A DNA stretch of 25,471 nt from an uncultured bacterium (GCA_963784355.1 CAWAQU010000002.1:1-25471); one strand, 5' to 3'; counted from the first letter of the stretch, positions 1 to 8,652 are shown. The notes: generated by a model not told the origin, from the sequence alone. A program made the numbers and translations.

Positions 1-570
1 GCCCCACTTTTGGAAGATAAAGAAATTTATTGGGTAAAGGGTAAAGTACAACAAAGTAAAAAGGCTGCGGCTGCGGCTAAAAATAGTAAAAAGGCTGCAT
101 CAGATTCTGTAGATGTGGAAGCGGTAATTGAAGAAGAAAAAGAGGAAGGTGAAATAAGAGAGTACGATGAATTGCCCAAGTTAATTATTGATAGCTTGGT
201 AAAGTTTGAAGAAGGCCTTGTACCTTTATTTCTACATGAAGAAATTCCACTAGCACTTAATCGATTAGAAAAGATCAAAAAAATTAATTGGAAAAGGATG
301 AAAAATAATCCTAGATCTATCTTACAAAATTCTGAGCACTCTGAAAATGATGTGCAAACAGAATCCAAATTATCAGAGATAGCAACCATTTTTTTACCTA
401 AAACAATTGGACCTGAAAAACTAAAACAAATAAGAGATAGTTTTAAAAGTAGTGAATTTCCAGATTCAATCAATGTGAAAATAGAAGTTGAGACCGGTAC
501 TGGTGAAGTGAAAAAAGCTAAAGGTACTTTTTGGGTAGCTAGAGAAATTTTTGAAATGTACAGAAAATAA
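1..570 (+). CDS. dnaE: Probable DNA polymerase III alpha subunit, C-terminal fragment (5' part outside window)
   Basis: Frame is open from base 1 (APLLEDKEIYWVKGKV...PKLIIDSL), resembling the end of the DnaE OB-fold. It is followed by a C-terminal domain pattern (IFLP...LKQIRDSF...VKIEV...FWV). The annotated TTG at 10 is probably internal. Confidence 0.6.
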   Translation, partial: APLLEDKEIYWVKGKVQQSKKAAAAAKNSKKAASDSVDVEAVIEEEKEEGEIREYDELPKLIIDSLVKFEEGLVPLFLHEEIPLALNRLEKIKKINWKRMKNNPRSILQNSEHSENDVQTESKLSEIATIFLPKTIGPEKLKQIRDSFKSSEFPDSINVKIEVETGTGEVKKAKGTFWVAREIFEMYRK

Positions 571-622
571 TTTGACTTTATTCACAAGTTATTACATTTA
601 TTCTGTATTAAAACAAAAATAT

Positions 623-1495
623 ATGCTACATGACACTCATGCACACCTGGACTTATTATTGCAAAAATTAGGCTATTTACCTGATAAAAACGACTTAGAC
701 CTGGAACATGGTTCCCTTAAACACATATCAGAGTTTGAACTAGATAAAACTAGAGTGGAAGACATGGTAAAAATGCATGAGTTTATCATAAATCCCAGCG
801 TAAGTACCGATAACTTTTCAATAAATTACACACTTTTTCATAGTTTTTCACAAATATTTTTATTACTTGGTTCTCACCCTGAAATAGTAAACGAGAAGTT
901 TAGTGTAGAAAAATATTTAGATGATCAAAGGGACGTAATTGTTCAAATTGAGTCTGATCAAGCTATGTTTTCTAAATTACTAGGTATTGGAGAAGTAGGG
1001 CTAGATTACCATTACACACAAGATTCAGAAATTAAGCAGAAGCAGATTAGTCTTTTTGAAGAGCAAATTAGACTGGCACTTAAATTAAAACTACCGCTAG
1101 TCATTCACTGTAGAGAAGCTTTTGATGACTTGATAGAAGTTTTAAAAGAATATCCCAGCATCCATAATCATTTTTTAGTTCATTGTTTTACCGAAAATAC
1201 CGAGATACTGAGAAAAGTTTTAGATTTAGGAGGAAAAATTGGAGTTGGTGGGGTTGTTACATTTAAATCCGCACCTGATTTGCAGGAAGCTGTTAAATAT
1301 TGCCCTGATAGTAGCTATATGCTTGAAACTGATCTACCCTTTCTAGCACCGGTTCCTCACCGTGGGAATCTCTGTACACCTGATATGATTTCCGTAATTG
1401 CAGAAAAAGTTGCTGATTTAAAACGCCAAGAAGTAGAGCTGGTGTGGAAAAATTCACTGAAAAACATTCAAGCTTTGTTTAAAATCATTGTTTAA
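623..1495 (+). CDS. tatD: TatD family metal-dependent nuclease/hydrolase
   Basis: Motifs DTHAHL, IGEVGLDY, PLVIHCREA, VHCFT and LETDLPFLAPVPHRG. Start placed at ATG 623 (MLHDTHAH) rather than TTG 551, which overlaps the upstream gene. Confidence 0.95.
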   Translation: MLHDTHAHLDLLLQKLGYLPDKNDLDLEHGSLKHISEFELDKTRVEDMVKMHEFIINPSVSTDNFSINYTLFHSFSQIFLLLGSHPEIVNEKFSVEKYLDDQRDVIVQIESDQAMFSKLLGIGEVGLDYHYTQDSEIKQKQISLFEEQIRLALKLKLPLVIHCREAFDDLIEVLKEYPSIHNHFLVHCFTENTEILRKVLDLGGKIGVGGVVTFKSAPDLQEAVKYCPDSSYMLETDLPFLAPVPHRGNLCTPDMISVIAEKVADLKRQEVELVWKNSLKNIQALFKIIV

Positions 1496-1511
1496 CGAGA
1501 GTAAACGCAAA

Positions 1512-1898
1512 TTACAACCAGAAGGTTTGTTTTAGATAGATCAAAAAACTTGGGAAACCATAGTAAAATCCTATCGCTAAAGATACAAACGCTACTAATG
1601 ACAGTATCATAAGGAAAGTTTTACCAAATACTCCTTTTAGTGACAGGTAGAAGTTAAACAAAAACTTATCAACTAAATAAATCACCAAGGTCATCAATAT
1701 AAAAATAGTTACTCCTATTGTGGTTAAATTATACCATGCAGGTTGACTGATAAACCAATCCTTATAACCGTTTTGTACAATAAAAAATGAGGCTAAATAG
1801 CTCACAGCAGCAAGAAGAAAGCTAAAAAAAATGAATACAAAGCTCCCTCCAAGTGTTAATAGTGACAATTTTGTGCTAAAACCTGTATTTGAATTCAT
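1512..1898 (-). CDS. Hypothetical integral membrane protein (about 3 TM segments)
   Basis: 128-aa ORF with three long hydrophobic stretches; fills the gap between tatD and DUF4385. Confidence 0.75.
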   Translation of the reverse strand: MNSNTGFSTKLSLLTLGGSFVFIFFSFLLAAVSYLASFFIVQNGYKDWFISQPAWYNLTTIGVTIFILMTLVIYLVDKFLFNFYLSLKGVFGKTFLMILSLVAFVSLAIGFYYGFPSFLIYLKQTFWL

Positions 1899-1948
1899 GT
1901 ATATTATTTTGACTTAAGAAAGTATGACATCGGATAATTGGAAATTTG

Positions 1949-2455
1949 TCAATCTTTACCACCATATTTTAGTTTGTGCGTCCTCATTAAGTCTTTATAT
2001 TTTTCATTATTTTTAGCTAGAAACCATTTGTCCTTAAAAATTTGGGCTGCTTGAGCTTTTTCGCTAAATTGCCAGTCTTTTTCCTGAATATTAGGATTGT
2101 TACGGATCTCCGTTGCCAAATTTGAGTCAGTGATCTTTTGTGGATTTGTAGCATATTTTTTTCCGCTAGCATGATTTGCATATCTTCTTGCCCGTGTAAA
2201 ACCCATTTGCAAAAACTTTCTAGCCATATCAGCACCCACAAAATCATTTTTATCAAGATAAGCTAAAAACAATTCATAAATCTTTTCACTTGATTCAATT
2301 GCAATTACCACAGTTTTAAAACGCCAATAAGGCAAAATTTCTGATTTATAAGGCTCTATAAGCAATACACCTTGCTCTCCCCTTCCTACCTGATATAGTT
2401 CAGGATGTTCGCGAAAATTAATTAATTTAAAGTCTTGATCGTAATTAAAAGGCAT
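1949..2455 (-). CDS. DUF4385 family protein
   Basis: Family motifs FREHPELYQVGRGEQGVLLIEPYKSEILPYWRFKT and DFVGADMARKFLQMGFTRARRYANH. Confidence 0.9.
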   Translation of the reverse strand: MPFNYDQDFKLINFREHPELYQVGRGEQGVLLIEPYKSEILPYWRFKTVVIAIESSEKIYELFLAYLDKNDFVGADMARKFLQMGFTRARRYANHASGKKYATNPQKITDSNLATEIRNNPNIQEKDWQFSEKAQAAQIFKDKWFLAKNNEKYKDLMRTHKLKYGGKD

Positions 2456-2463
2456 TGATTTTT

Positions 2464-2492
2464 ATTCTAACAAAAACTCCCCTGAAGATCAA
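2464..2492 (-). promoter_or_regulatory. Sigma70-type promoter for DUF4385 (TTGATC-17-TAGAAT, extended TG)
   Basis: Minus strand reads TTGATC ttcaggggagtttttgt TAGAAT, then 8 nt to the ATG. Confidence 0.55.
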
Positions 2493-2500
2493 GGGAATTT
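2472..2500 (-). terminator. Intrinsic terminator downstream of the 814-aa surface protein gene
   Basis: Minus strand AUUCCCUUGA-UCU-UCAGGGGAGU (10-bp stem including G-U pairs) followed by a U run, about 25 nt after the stop codon. Confidence 0.75.
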
Positions 2501-2524
2501 AAGTTTAGAGCAAATCTTTTTCGT

Positions 2525-4969
2525 TTACAACCTATTTTTTCTAGTTTTTTTATAAAGCAATCCTGCCATGGTCAATAAACCAGTACTACCAAAAGCTAAA
2601 CCTCCACTTCTTATAGTTGACATAGTAGGAATTGGTAATTGAGGATCATTTCCGCCTGGATTAGTTGGATTGATTGGACCACCAGGTGTTAGAGGGTTTT
2701 TAACTTTCAACTTACCTTTTACTCCTGTTTGACCATTTACCGTAAGCTTAATATCTTTAACTAACTCACTAGTACCGTTGGGAAATGTTAGACCTTTAGT
2801 AGGTATCGAACAAATTAGAGTAAATCTAGTACCTTCTTTTAAATTACAAAGACCATTATCACTAGCGCCGTCTAACTGAGCAGTTACATTGCCTAAAGTA
2901 TAGCTTTGGCTACCAGGTAGGGATATAAGTTCAAAAGTACAAGTAGCTACTTCATTTAAATTTACTGATTTTGCACCATTACAATCTGTAGTATCTTTTA
3001 TTTTGTCTAAGGTCAATTGCTGATTAGTTTCGAAAACTATACTAACATTATTACTTAGTTCGGAAGTGTAGTTATTTTTAGTCGCTGTAGCCGCTATATA
3101 GTCACCTGCAACCAATCTGTTTCCAATAACACTTGATGGAATGGTGAATTTAAATAGTTCTGTAGTTATTTGTCCTTTGGCTACAGTTTGATTATTTACT
3201 GTAGTACCATAGCTACCTTGAGCTGAATTTCCGTCTGCTTGAGAGCCTTCTTTGTATTTTCCTAAAAATTCTACCGCCTCACCTCTACCACGAGTATTTT
3301 TTACATTTCCATTAGATTTAAAAATTTCAACATCACTATTTTTTGGTGCATACCCTTCCACAACCATTCCACCATTCTCTACAACTTTAACTGAGGTAAT
3401 TACAGAGAAGTTCAATTTAGGTCCGTTTTCATTAGCTTTTTCGTTTAAAGAAATATCTCCTGAAGTTAGACTGATATTGTTTTTATTTGAAGTTTTGTTA
3501 AAAGTAACAGTTTCGCTAATTGTAACTGCAGGTTTAGTGTTATTATTTAACAGTACATTTCCGCCTAAATTATCCACTATTGTATTTTTCTTAAGTATAA
3601 TTGGATTGATTTGAGTGTTTGTAAGATTGTTATTTTGAGACTCTACACTGACACCAGCCAATTTATTATTATTGATACGAGTAGATTCTATTGATAATTC
3701 TTGTACAACATCTTTATCATATGGTCTTAATACAACTCCATTTTGGTTATTGTTCTCAATTTTTCCACCTACTATTTTGCCTGATGCGATATTTACTCCA
3801 TTTTTTGCAGAATTAGTGATATTTGTATTTGTAAGATAAATATTGTTACCAGTTACACTATCGCCACTTGTATTAGAAATTGTACTGTCTTTGATATTCA
3901 TTTTTCCTTTACCGGTCTCTACTTTTGGTGCTGGACCTGATTTCCAGTATTTAGAAGGAAATGCATCCCAATTCAACTCTTTTGTACCATCTCCGGCCCA
4001 ATTTACTGCACCATGTCCATTGCCTCTATCTGGATAAATCGGAGCATTTTTGATATTGACCTTATCCAAATCTACTACTGCGCCATACCAACCAAGAAAA
4101 CAACCAGCCCATCCATTTAAATTATTTTCACATGTTGAATTGACCACTCTTCCGTTTCCTCCTTCAAAATTTACTGTTCCCCACTCATTCACCCACTTAT
4201 TTAAATCATCCTGACTAGTACCACTTGGAGGTTTTGCAACATTTAAAGGTAAGTTGCTATTTCTAAATGTAGTATTTAAAATATTAGCTGTACCGTAAAC
4301 TAAAATGTCATTTGCTCTAGAGCCTAGATTTTGTTCCATGATCACGTTATCTGTAGTTAAATCTCCTCTAACTACAATTGCCGGGTGATAGTAAGTAGTT
4401 CTGTCAGTTTTATTAGCATTTCCTGCTACATCCATTACATAACTACCTTTTACAGTTACATTTTCCAGATTCAAATTTCCTTCAGCACCTACTACAAACA
4501 TATTGAAGAAAGGGGCAACTCTTCCGCGAATATCAGTTTTTGCATCGTTGGACCTTCTTATAACTGTTTTATTGTCCTGGGCACCAACAATTTTAACATT
4601 ACCGCTGATTGTAGGAAAAGCAGTGAAAGTATCACCATAGGCTTTTGTAAGATTTAAAATACCTTCAGGTAACACAATTTTGTCAGTATCAATATCGCTA
4701 CCTGCTGTACATTCTCCTATAGCAGTATTTGTGTTGGCAGATTGAATAGCTTCAGCTAAAGTACATTTGTCATTGTTTATAAAAGGCGCTTCTTGTTCGT
4801 GCGTGTTTACTGCAATTGTATTTTCTGCAGCCGAGACAACTACATTTGTATTAGTAAAAGCAACTCCTGCTGATACCAAAACCATAAATAGGCTTAGTAC
4901 GCTTAGTGAGTTCTTGATCATATCAAATCCTACATTAGTTATTGATTGCATCTTTGGTGTACGTGACAT
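2525..4969 (-). CDS. Secreted/surface protein: signal peptide, CSLREA-like motif, right-handed beta-helix repeats, Cys-containing Ig-like domain, C-terminal anchor
   Basis: Hydrophobic N-terminus (LSVLSLFMVLVSAGVA), KCTLAEAIQSAN (CSLREA-like), Asn-rich beta-helix repeats (ITNSAKNGVNI, IENNNQNGVVL, INNNKLAGVSV), ATAT...TSELS motif. Ends in a Pro/Gly linker, IRSGG, a hydrophobic segment and KKTRKNRL. Start may be a downstream Met. Confidence 0.8.
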   Translation of the reverse strand: MSRTPKMQSITNVGFDMIKNSLSVLSLFMVLVSAGVAFTNTNVVVSAAENTIAVNTHEQEAPFINNDKCTLAEAIQSANTNTAIGECTAGSDIDTDKIVLPEGILNLTKAYGDTFTAFPTISGNVKIVGAQDNKTVIRRSNDAKTDIRGRVAPFFNMFVVGAEGNLNLENVTVKGSYVMDVAGNANKTDRTTYYHPAIVVRGDLTTDNVIMEQNLGSRANDILVYGTANILNTTFRNSNLPLNVAKPPSGTSQDDLNKWVNEWGTVNFEGGNGRVVNSTCENNLNGWAGCFLGWYGAVVDLDKVNIKNAPIYPDRGNGHGAVNWAGDGTKELNWDAFPSKYWKSGPAPKVETGKGKMNIKDSTISNTSGDSVTGNNIYLTNTNITNSAKNGVNIASGKIVGGKIENNNQNGVVLRPYDKDVVQELSIESTRINNNKLAGVSVESQNNNLTNTQINPIILKKNTIVDNLGGNVLLNNNTKPAVTISETVTFNKTSNKNNISLTSGDISLNEKANENGPKLNFSVITSVKVVENGGMVVEGYAPKNSDVEIFKSNGNVKNTRGRGEAVEFLGKYKEGSQADGNSAQGSYGTTVNNQTVAKGQITTELFKFTIPSSVIGNRLVAGDYIAATATKNNYTSELSNNVSIVFETNQQLTLDKIKDTTDCNGAKSVNLNEVATCTFELISLPGSQSYTLGNVTAQLDGASDNGLCNLKEGTRFTLICSIPTKGLTFPNGTSELVKDIKLTVNGQTGVKGKLKVKNPLTPGGPINPTNPGGNDPQLPIPTMSTIRSGGLAFGSTGLLTMAGLLYKKTRKNRL

Positions 4970-5107
4970 AAAATATGATTATAATTCGTAAAAATAAATT
5001 AAAAGAAATTTTTATTTGGAAGCAGAAAATTGACCCTACTTTTTTGCGGATTTCCTTGACTTCAATTTGGCTATTTTGTCTTGGTTTAATTTGGCTTTAT
5101 TAATTAG

Positions 5108-5135
5108 AATATAGCACAAAAAAAGCTCTTGTAAA
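5108..5135 (-). promoter_or_regulatory. Candidate promoter for the surface protein gene (TTTACA-16-TATATT, extended TG)
   Basis: Minus strand TTTACA...gTGcTATATT; implies a leader of about 130 nt. Confidence 0.4.
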
Positions 5136-5204
5136 GAACAGTACTTCTATTTTAAATATAAGATTTGGCCAGTAAACTAGCTTTAACAAAGATGGCTAAA
5201 TTTA

Positions 5205-5233
5205 TTGCCAACTATGCAAATATAGTATATAAT
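5205..5233 (+). promoter_or_regulatory. Sigma70-type promoter for lspA (TTGCCA-17-TATAAT), likely leaderless transcript
   Basis: Near-consensus boxes with a 17-nt spacer; ATG follows 7 nt after the -10 box. Confidence 0.7.
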
Positions 5234-5240
5234 TAATTAA

Positions 5241-5669
5241 ATGAGCCGCAATCTATTATCCGTTTTTCATTGGACTGTGTCTTTGTTTTTACTTGGAGTT
5301 AATTTGATCACGTCTTATATAGTTAGAACAAATGATATATTTTTTGTACCAAATTATAATCCGTTAGGTTTCCAGTTCGGCGTATTACCCTCTCTGATAT
5401 TTGTCAGTTCGATTGCTTTTGTATTATGGTATTTTAAACTACTAGCTAAATATCCTGTATTTTGCATTCTAATTCTCAGTGGTAGTTTCGCTAATTACAT
5501 AGAAAAATGGATTTTATTTGGCTCTGTCACAGATTACATCTCTATTAAAATTAGCCATTTCAATCTTGCTGATGCTCAAATAGTTGTCGGATTAATTGGA
5601 TTAAATATTTTAGTTTGGTTACCGCCATCTAATAAAAAATCAACAATTGAAGCTATTGAAATCGGTTAA
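5241..5669 (+). CDS. lspA: Signal peptidase II (lipoprotein signal peptidase), divergent
   Basis: Four hydrophobic segments; GSFANYIEK...GSVTDYI...FNLAD matches the GxxGNxxDR...GxVxDFI...FNxAD pattern with both catalytic Asp residues retained. Confidence 0.75.
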   Translation: MSRNLLSVFHWTVSLFLLGVNLITSYIVRTNDIFFVPNYNPLGFQFGVLPSLIFVSSIAFVLWYFKLLAKYPVFCILILSGSFANYIEKWILFGSVTDYISIKISHFNLADAQIVVGLIGLNILVWLPPSNKKSTIEAIEIG

Positions 5670-5737
5670 TACTAGTTGCAAAAATTTTAACTTCCTCCTA
5701 TTTTGACATTTGTAGGAAATAAGATTTAGCTCAAGGT

Positions 5738-7972
5738 GTGTCCTTGCAAGTTCTAAATGAAGCCCAACATCAACTTTTAGAAAATCTTAATCAGCGTCAG
5801 AAAGAAGCAGTTACCTCGATTTCCGGTTCCACACTAGTTATTGCAGGTGCAGGAAGTGGTAAAACAGCAGTACTTACAAGAAGAGTTGCCTATTTAATTG
5901 CTCAAGATGAGATACCCGGTAGAATTCTTTGTCTGACTTTTACCAACAAAGCTGCAGGCGAAATGAATAAAAGGGTGAGGGAAATCCTCGAAAAAGCAGG
6001 AATCCACTTGCCGTACATGCCACTTTGGAAAGAAGATTATTTACAGAATCCTTTGCTTTGTACCTTTCACTCACTAGGTGTAAAATTGTTAAGAGAATTT
6101 GGAGAAAAAATAGATTTAAAGAAAGAATTTACAATTTTGGATAGTGATGATCAAAAAAAGATTATTAAAGAAATTTTAAAAGAATTGAACGTTAATGAAA
6201 AAAATTTACAGCCTAGTTTGGCTTCTTATTTTATTTCCCAATGCAAACAGGAACTACTGACAGCCGCTGAAAGCAGAAAATTAACCAAGGAATTTTTACC
6301 CGTCTTTCACCAAGTTTATAAAAAATATGAGGAAAAGTTGAGAGCTAATCACAATGTAGATTTTGATGATTTACTACTTTTGCCTTACTTAATTGTGGCT
6401 AATCATGCTGATGTTTTAGAAATTTTAAGAGACAGATGGCATCATATAATGATTGATGAGTTTCAGGATACAAATCAAGCCCAATTTGAGCTAGTTAGAC
6501 TACTTTGCCCTAATAGTATGCTGGAAAAAGACGACCAAAGATCTTTATTTGTAGTAGGTGATGATGCACAAAGTATTTACGCTTTTCGTGGGTCAAAGAT
6601 TGAAATAATCTTGAATTTTAATGATGATTATACACAAACTAAAGAAATTGTTTTAAATCAAAACTACCGTTCGACTCAGCCTATTTTGGACCTGGCCGAA
6701 AAAGTACTGACCCATAATCCAAAGCAAAAGAAAAAAGAGCTATTTACAGAAAACCCTGAAAAAATTGATGTTTCCTACTATTTGGCAAAAAATGAAAGGG
6801 ATGAGGCAGAGTATATTATTAGACAAATTTACAGCCACTATGTGGAAAATACTGCTCCGATCCAAAATAAAGGAATTGAGCTGGAAGTTGATAGCGAAAT
6901 AAAGTTTGAGCCTGAAGATTTTTTTGACCATCCGGAAATTTTTTCCAAAAAAGAGCAACAACGTCCACAAGCCTTACCTTCAAGAGACCCTATTTCATCT
7001 ATGTTTGATGTCTATTTAGAGACTGATGATTTTCAGCCTTCAGGTATGATGAACTACAACCCTATTAGTTGGAATGTACCGTCTCACGACTGGAGTAAGT
7101 TGGACAAATTGAGAGATTGCGCCGTTTTATACAGGACCCACAGTCAAAGTAGATCGCTAGAGGAAACTTTTTTGAAACATCACCTACCCTACAGGCTTGT
7201 ATCCGGCGTAAGATTTTTGGACAGACGAGAAATTAAAGATGTACTGGCAATCCTAAGATTTTTAGCAAATGGTGCGGATAAGATCAGCCTGAGTAGATTT
7301 TTACCTTTAATTTTGGAAGGTGTAGGACCTAAAACTGTGGAAAAGATTCTGGCCTACTTAGAGGATTACGAATATCCCCTACCCGCTAGGTATCAGGAAC
7401 AAATTTTGGACTTAATGCAAAAAATGCAGTTTTCCTGGCAACAGCACGATAATCTAATTGGACTTACAAAGGATTTACTAGTAGCTACAGGTTATTTTAG
7501 ATATTTAAAGGGTGAGTACCCCAATAAAGAGGAGTTTGAAGTAAGAATGGAAAATATTGGTGAGTTGTACTCCATTATGTTTCCTTTTGATGAGGATAAA
7601 ACTACTCCATTACCTGAAAGACTTAGTAGGTTTTTAAATCAAGTCTCTTTGATGTCAGAACTCGACAACTCCAATAAAGATGACACACCTAAAATTAGTT
7701 TAATGTCTCTTCATCAAAGTAAAGGTTTGGAGTTTGAAACTGTGTTTTTAGTAGGTATTGAAGACGGGCTTTTGCCACATGCAAATAGTTTTTTTGAGGC
7801 AAATGGAATTGAAGAAGAAGTAAGACTGGCCTATGTGGGTGTAACCAGAGCTAAAAAGTATCTTCACCTTACCTCCGCAGACTCCAGAATACAATTTGGA
7901 CAAATCAAAGCAAATCCAGTGAGCCGTATATTTAGGCCATTTTTGGATACGTATTGCAAGAGAAGGAAGTAA
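5738..7972 (+). CDS. pcrA: UvrD/PcrA family SF1 ATP-dependent DNA helicase
   Basis: AGAGSGKT, LTFTNKAA, IDEFQDTN, VGDDAQSIYAFRG, QNYRST, HQSKGLEF, EEVRLAYVGVTRAK. Confidence 0.95.
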   Translation: MSLQVLNEAQHQLLENLNQRQKEAVTSISGSTLVIAGAGSGKTAVLTRRVAYLIAQDEIPGRILCLTFTNKAAGEMNKRVREILEKAGIHLPYMPLWKEDYLQNPLLCTFHSLGVKLLREFGEKIDLKKEFTILDSDDQKKIIKEILKELNVNEKNLQPSLASYFISQCKQELLTAAESRKLTKEFLPVFHQVYKKYEEKLRANHNVDFDDLLLLPYLIVANHADVLEILRDRWHHIMIDEFQDTNQAQFELVRLLCPNSMLEKDDQRSLFVVGDDAQSIYAFRGSKIEIILNFNDDYTQTKEIVLNQNYRSTQPILDLAEKVLTHNPKQKKKELFTENPEKIDVSYYLAKNERDEAEYIIRQIYSHYVENTAPIQNKGIELEVDSEIKFEPEDFFDHPEIFSKKEQQRPQALPSRDPISSMFDVYLETDDFQPSGMMNYNPISWNVPSHDWSKLDKLRDCAVLYRTHSQSRSLEETFLKHHLPYRLVSGVRFLDRREIKDVLAILRFLANGADKISLSRFLPLILEGVGPKTVEKILAYLEDYEYPLPARYQEQILDLMQKMQFSWQQHDNLIGLTKDLLVATGYFRYLKGEYPNKEEFEVRMENIGELYSIMFPFDEDKTTPLPERLSRFLNQVSLMSELDNSNKDDTPKISLMSLHQSKGLEFETVFLVGIEDGLLPHANSFFEANGIEEEVRLAYVGVTRAKKYLHLTSADSRIQFGQIKANPVSRIFRPFLDTYCKRRK

Positions 7973-8003
7973 TTTTCCTTTATCTGACTTTTAAGTTATT
8001 GAA

Positions 8004-8495
8004 TTATTTATCTGACTTTGTTTTTAAATTTTCCCTAATATCCAAAAGCATTGATTTAATTTCCTTAATTTCCTTTTCCAGGTTTTCAATTTTAGTTTGA
8101 TCTGAAATAGGTTTTTCCTCTTCATCAAAATTTTCTCCAATATCTTCTACATTTTCCTGGATATCTTCTACATCACCCTGTATTTCGCCCACGTCTTCTT
8201 GAATATCTTCTACATCTTCTTGTATTTCATCTATATCCTCTTGAATATCTTCTACATCTTCTTGCAGATCTTGAATCTTAGTAGAGCTGCGATTGACTGA
8301 TATTTGGATGAAGATGGCTAAGTATATGGCTTCTAGTGACACTGCTGTAGTTAGTAAAAGCATGATGCTATCAAAAGAAACACCAAAAATATTTAGGGCA
8401 AAAATGCCGATAAAGAAAATTGTGTGTACCAATATTGAAACTGGTGTGCCAATCCACTCTGTAACTTTGATTGTAAGTTTTTCTAGCATAGTCAT
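8004..8495 (-). CDS. DUF1003-like membrane protein with acidic coiled-coil tail
   Basis: Two TM helices (WIGTPVSILVHTIFF...LLLTTAVSLEAIYLAIFIQISVNR) followed by QEDVEDI heptads. Confidence 0.75.
   Translation of the reverse strand: MTMLEKLTIKVTEWIGTPVSILVHTIFFIGIFALNIFGVSFDSIMLLLTTAVSLEAIYLAIFIQISVNRSSTKIQDLQEDVEDIQEDIDEIQEDVEDIQEDVGEIQGDVEDIQENVEDIGENFDEEEKPISDQTKIENLEKEIKEIKSMLLDIRENLKTKSDK
8132..8266 (-). repeat. Degenerate 21-bp tandem repeat encoding about six QEDVEDI heptads
   Basis: Recurring atatcttctacatc units on the + strand; protein reads QEDVEDI QEDIDEI QEDVEDI QEDVGEI QGDVEDI QENVEDI. Confidence 0.85.
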
Positions 8496-8623
8496 GGGAT
8501 TTTTTATCTAAATTGATTGCAAAATAAGTATTAGTTTAAGCAAAGCATACATTTTAAAAATAAGCAATAGATGAAGTAATATTATTGGACATACAACTAT
8601 CAGGATTTTACTAGTAGGTAAGC

Positions 8624-8652
8624 AACAAAACAAGAAGGTAATTTAAACCTTC
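8624..8652 (-). terminator. Candidate intrinsic terminator of the VOC-Nudix-UvrA operon
   Basis: Minus strand GAAGGU-UUAAAUU-ACCUUC followed by UUGUUUUGUU. Confidence 0.5.

Noticed and set aside
551-622. Extended N-terminus of TatD from TTG 551
   Set aside because: Overlaps the upstream gene, and TatD normally begins just before the DxHxH motif.
1949-1951. TGA recoding (genetic code 25 or 4)
   Set aside because: Long conserved genes are open under code 11 with no internal TGA; the TGA in pyk at 24671 is explained by a frameshift.
6845-7115. Intein in the helicase
   Set aside because: No C/S start with block A, no HN-C/S/T end, and too short and low-complexity.
8132-8266. CRISPR-like array
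   Set aside because: Contiguous in-frame 21-bp coding repeats with no unique spacers.
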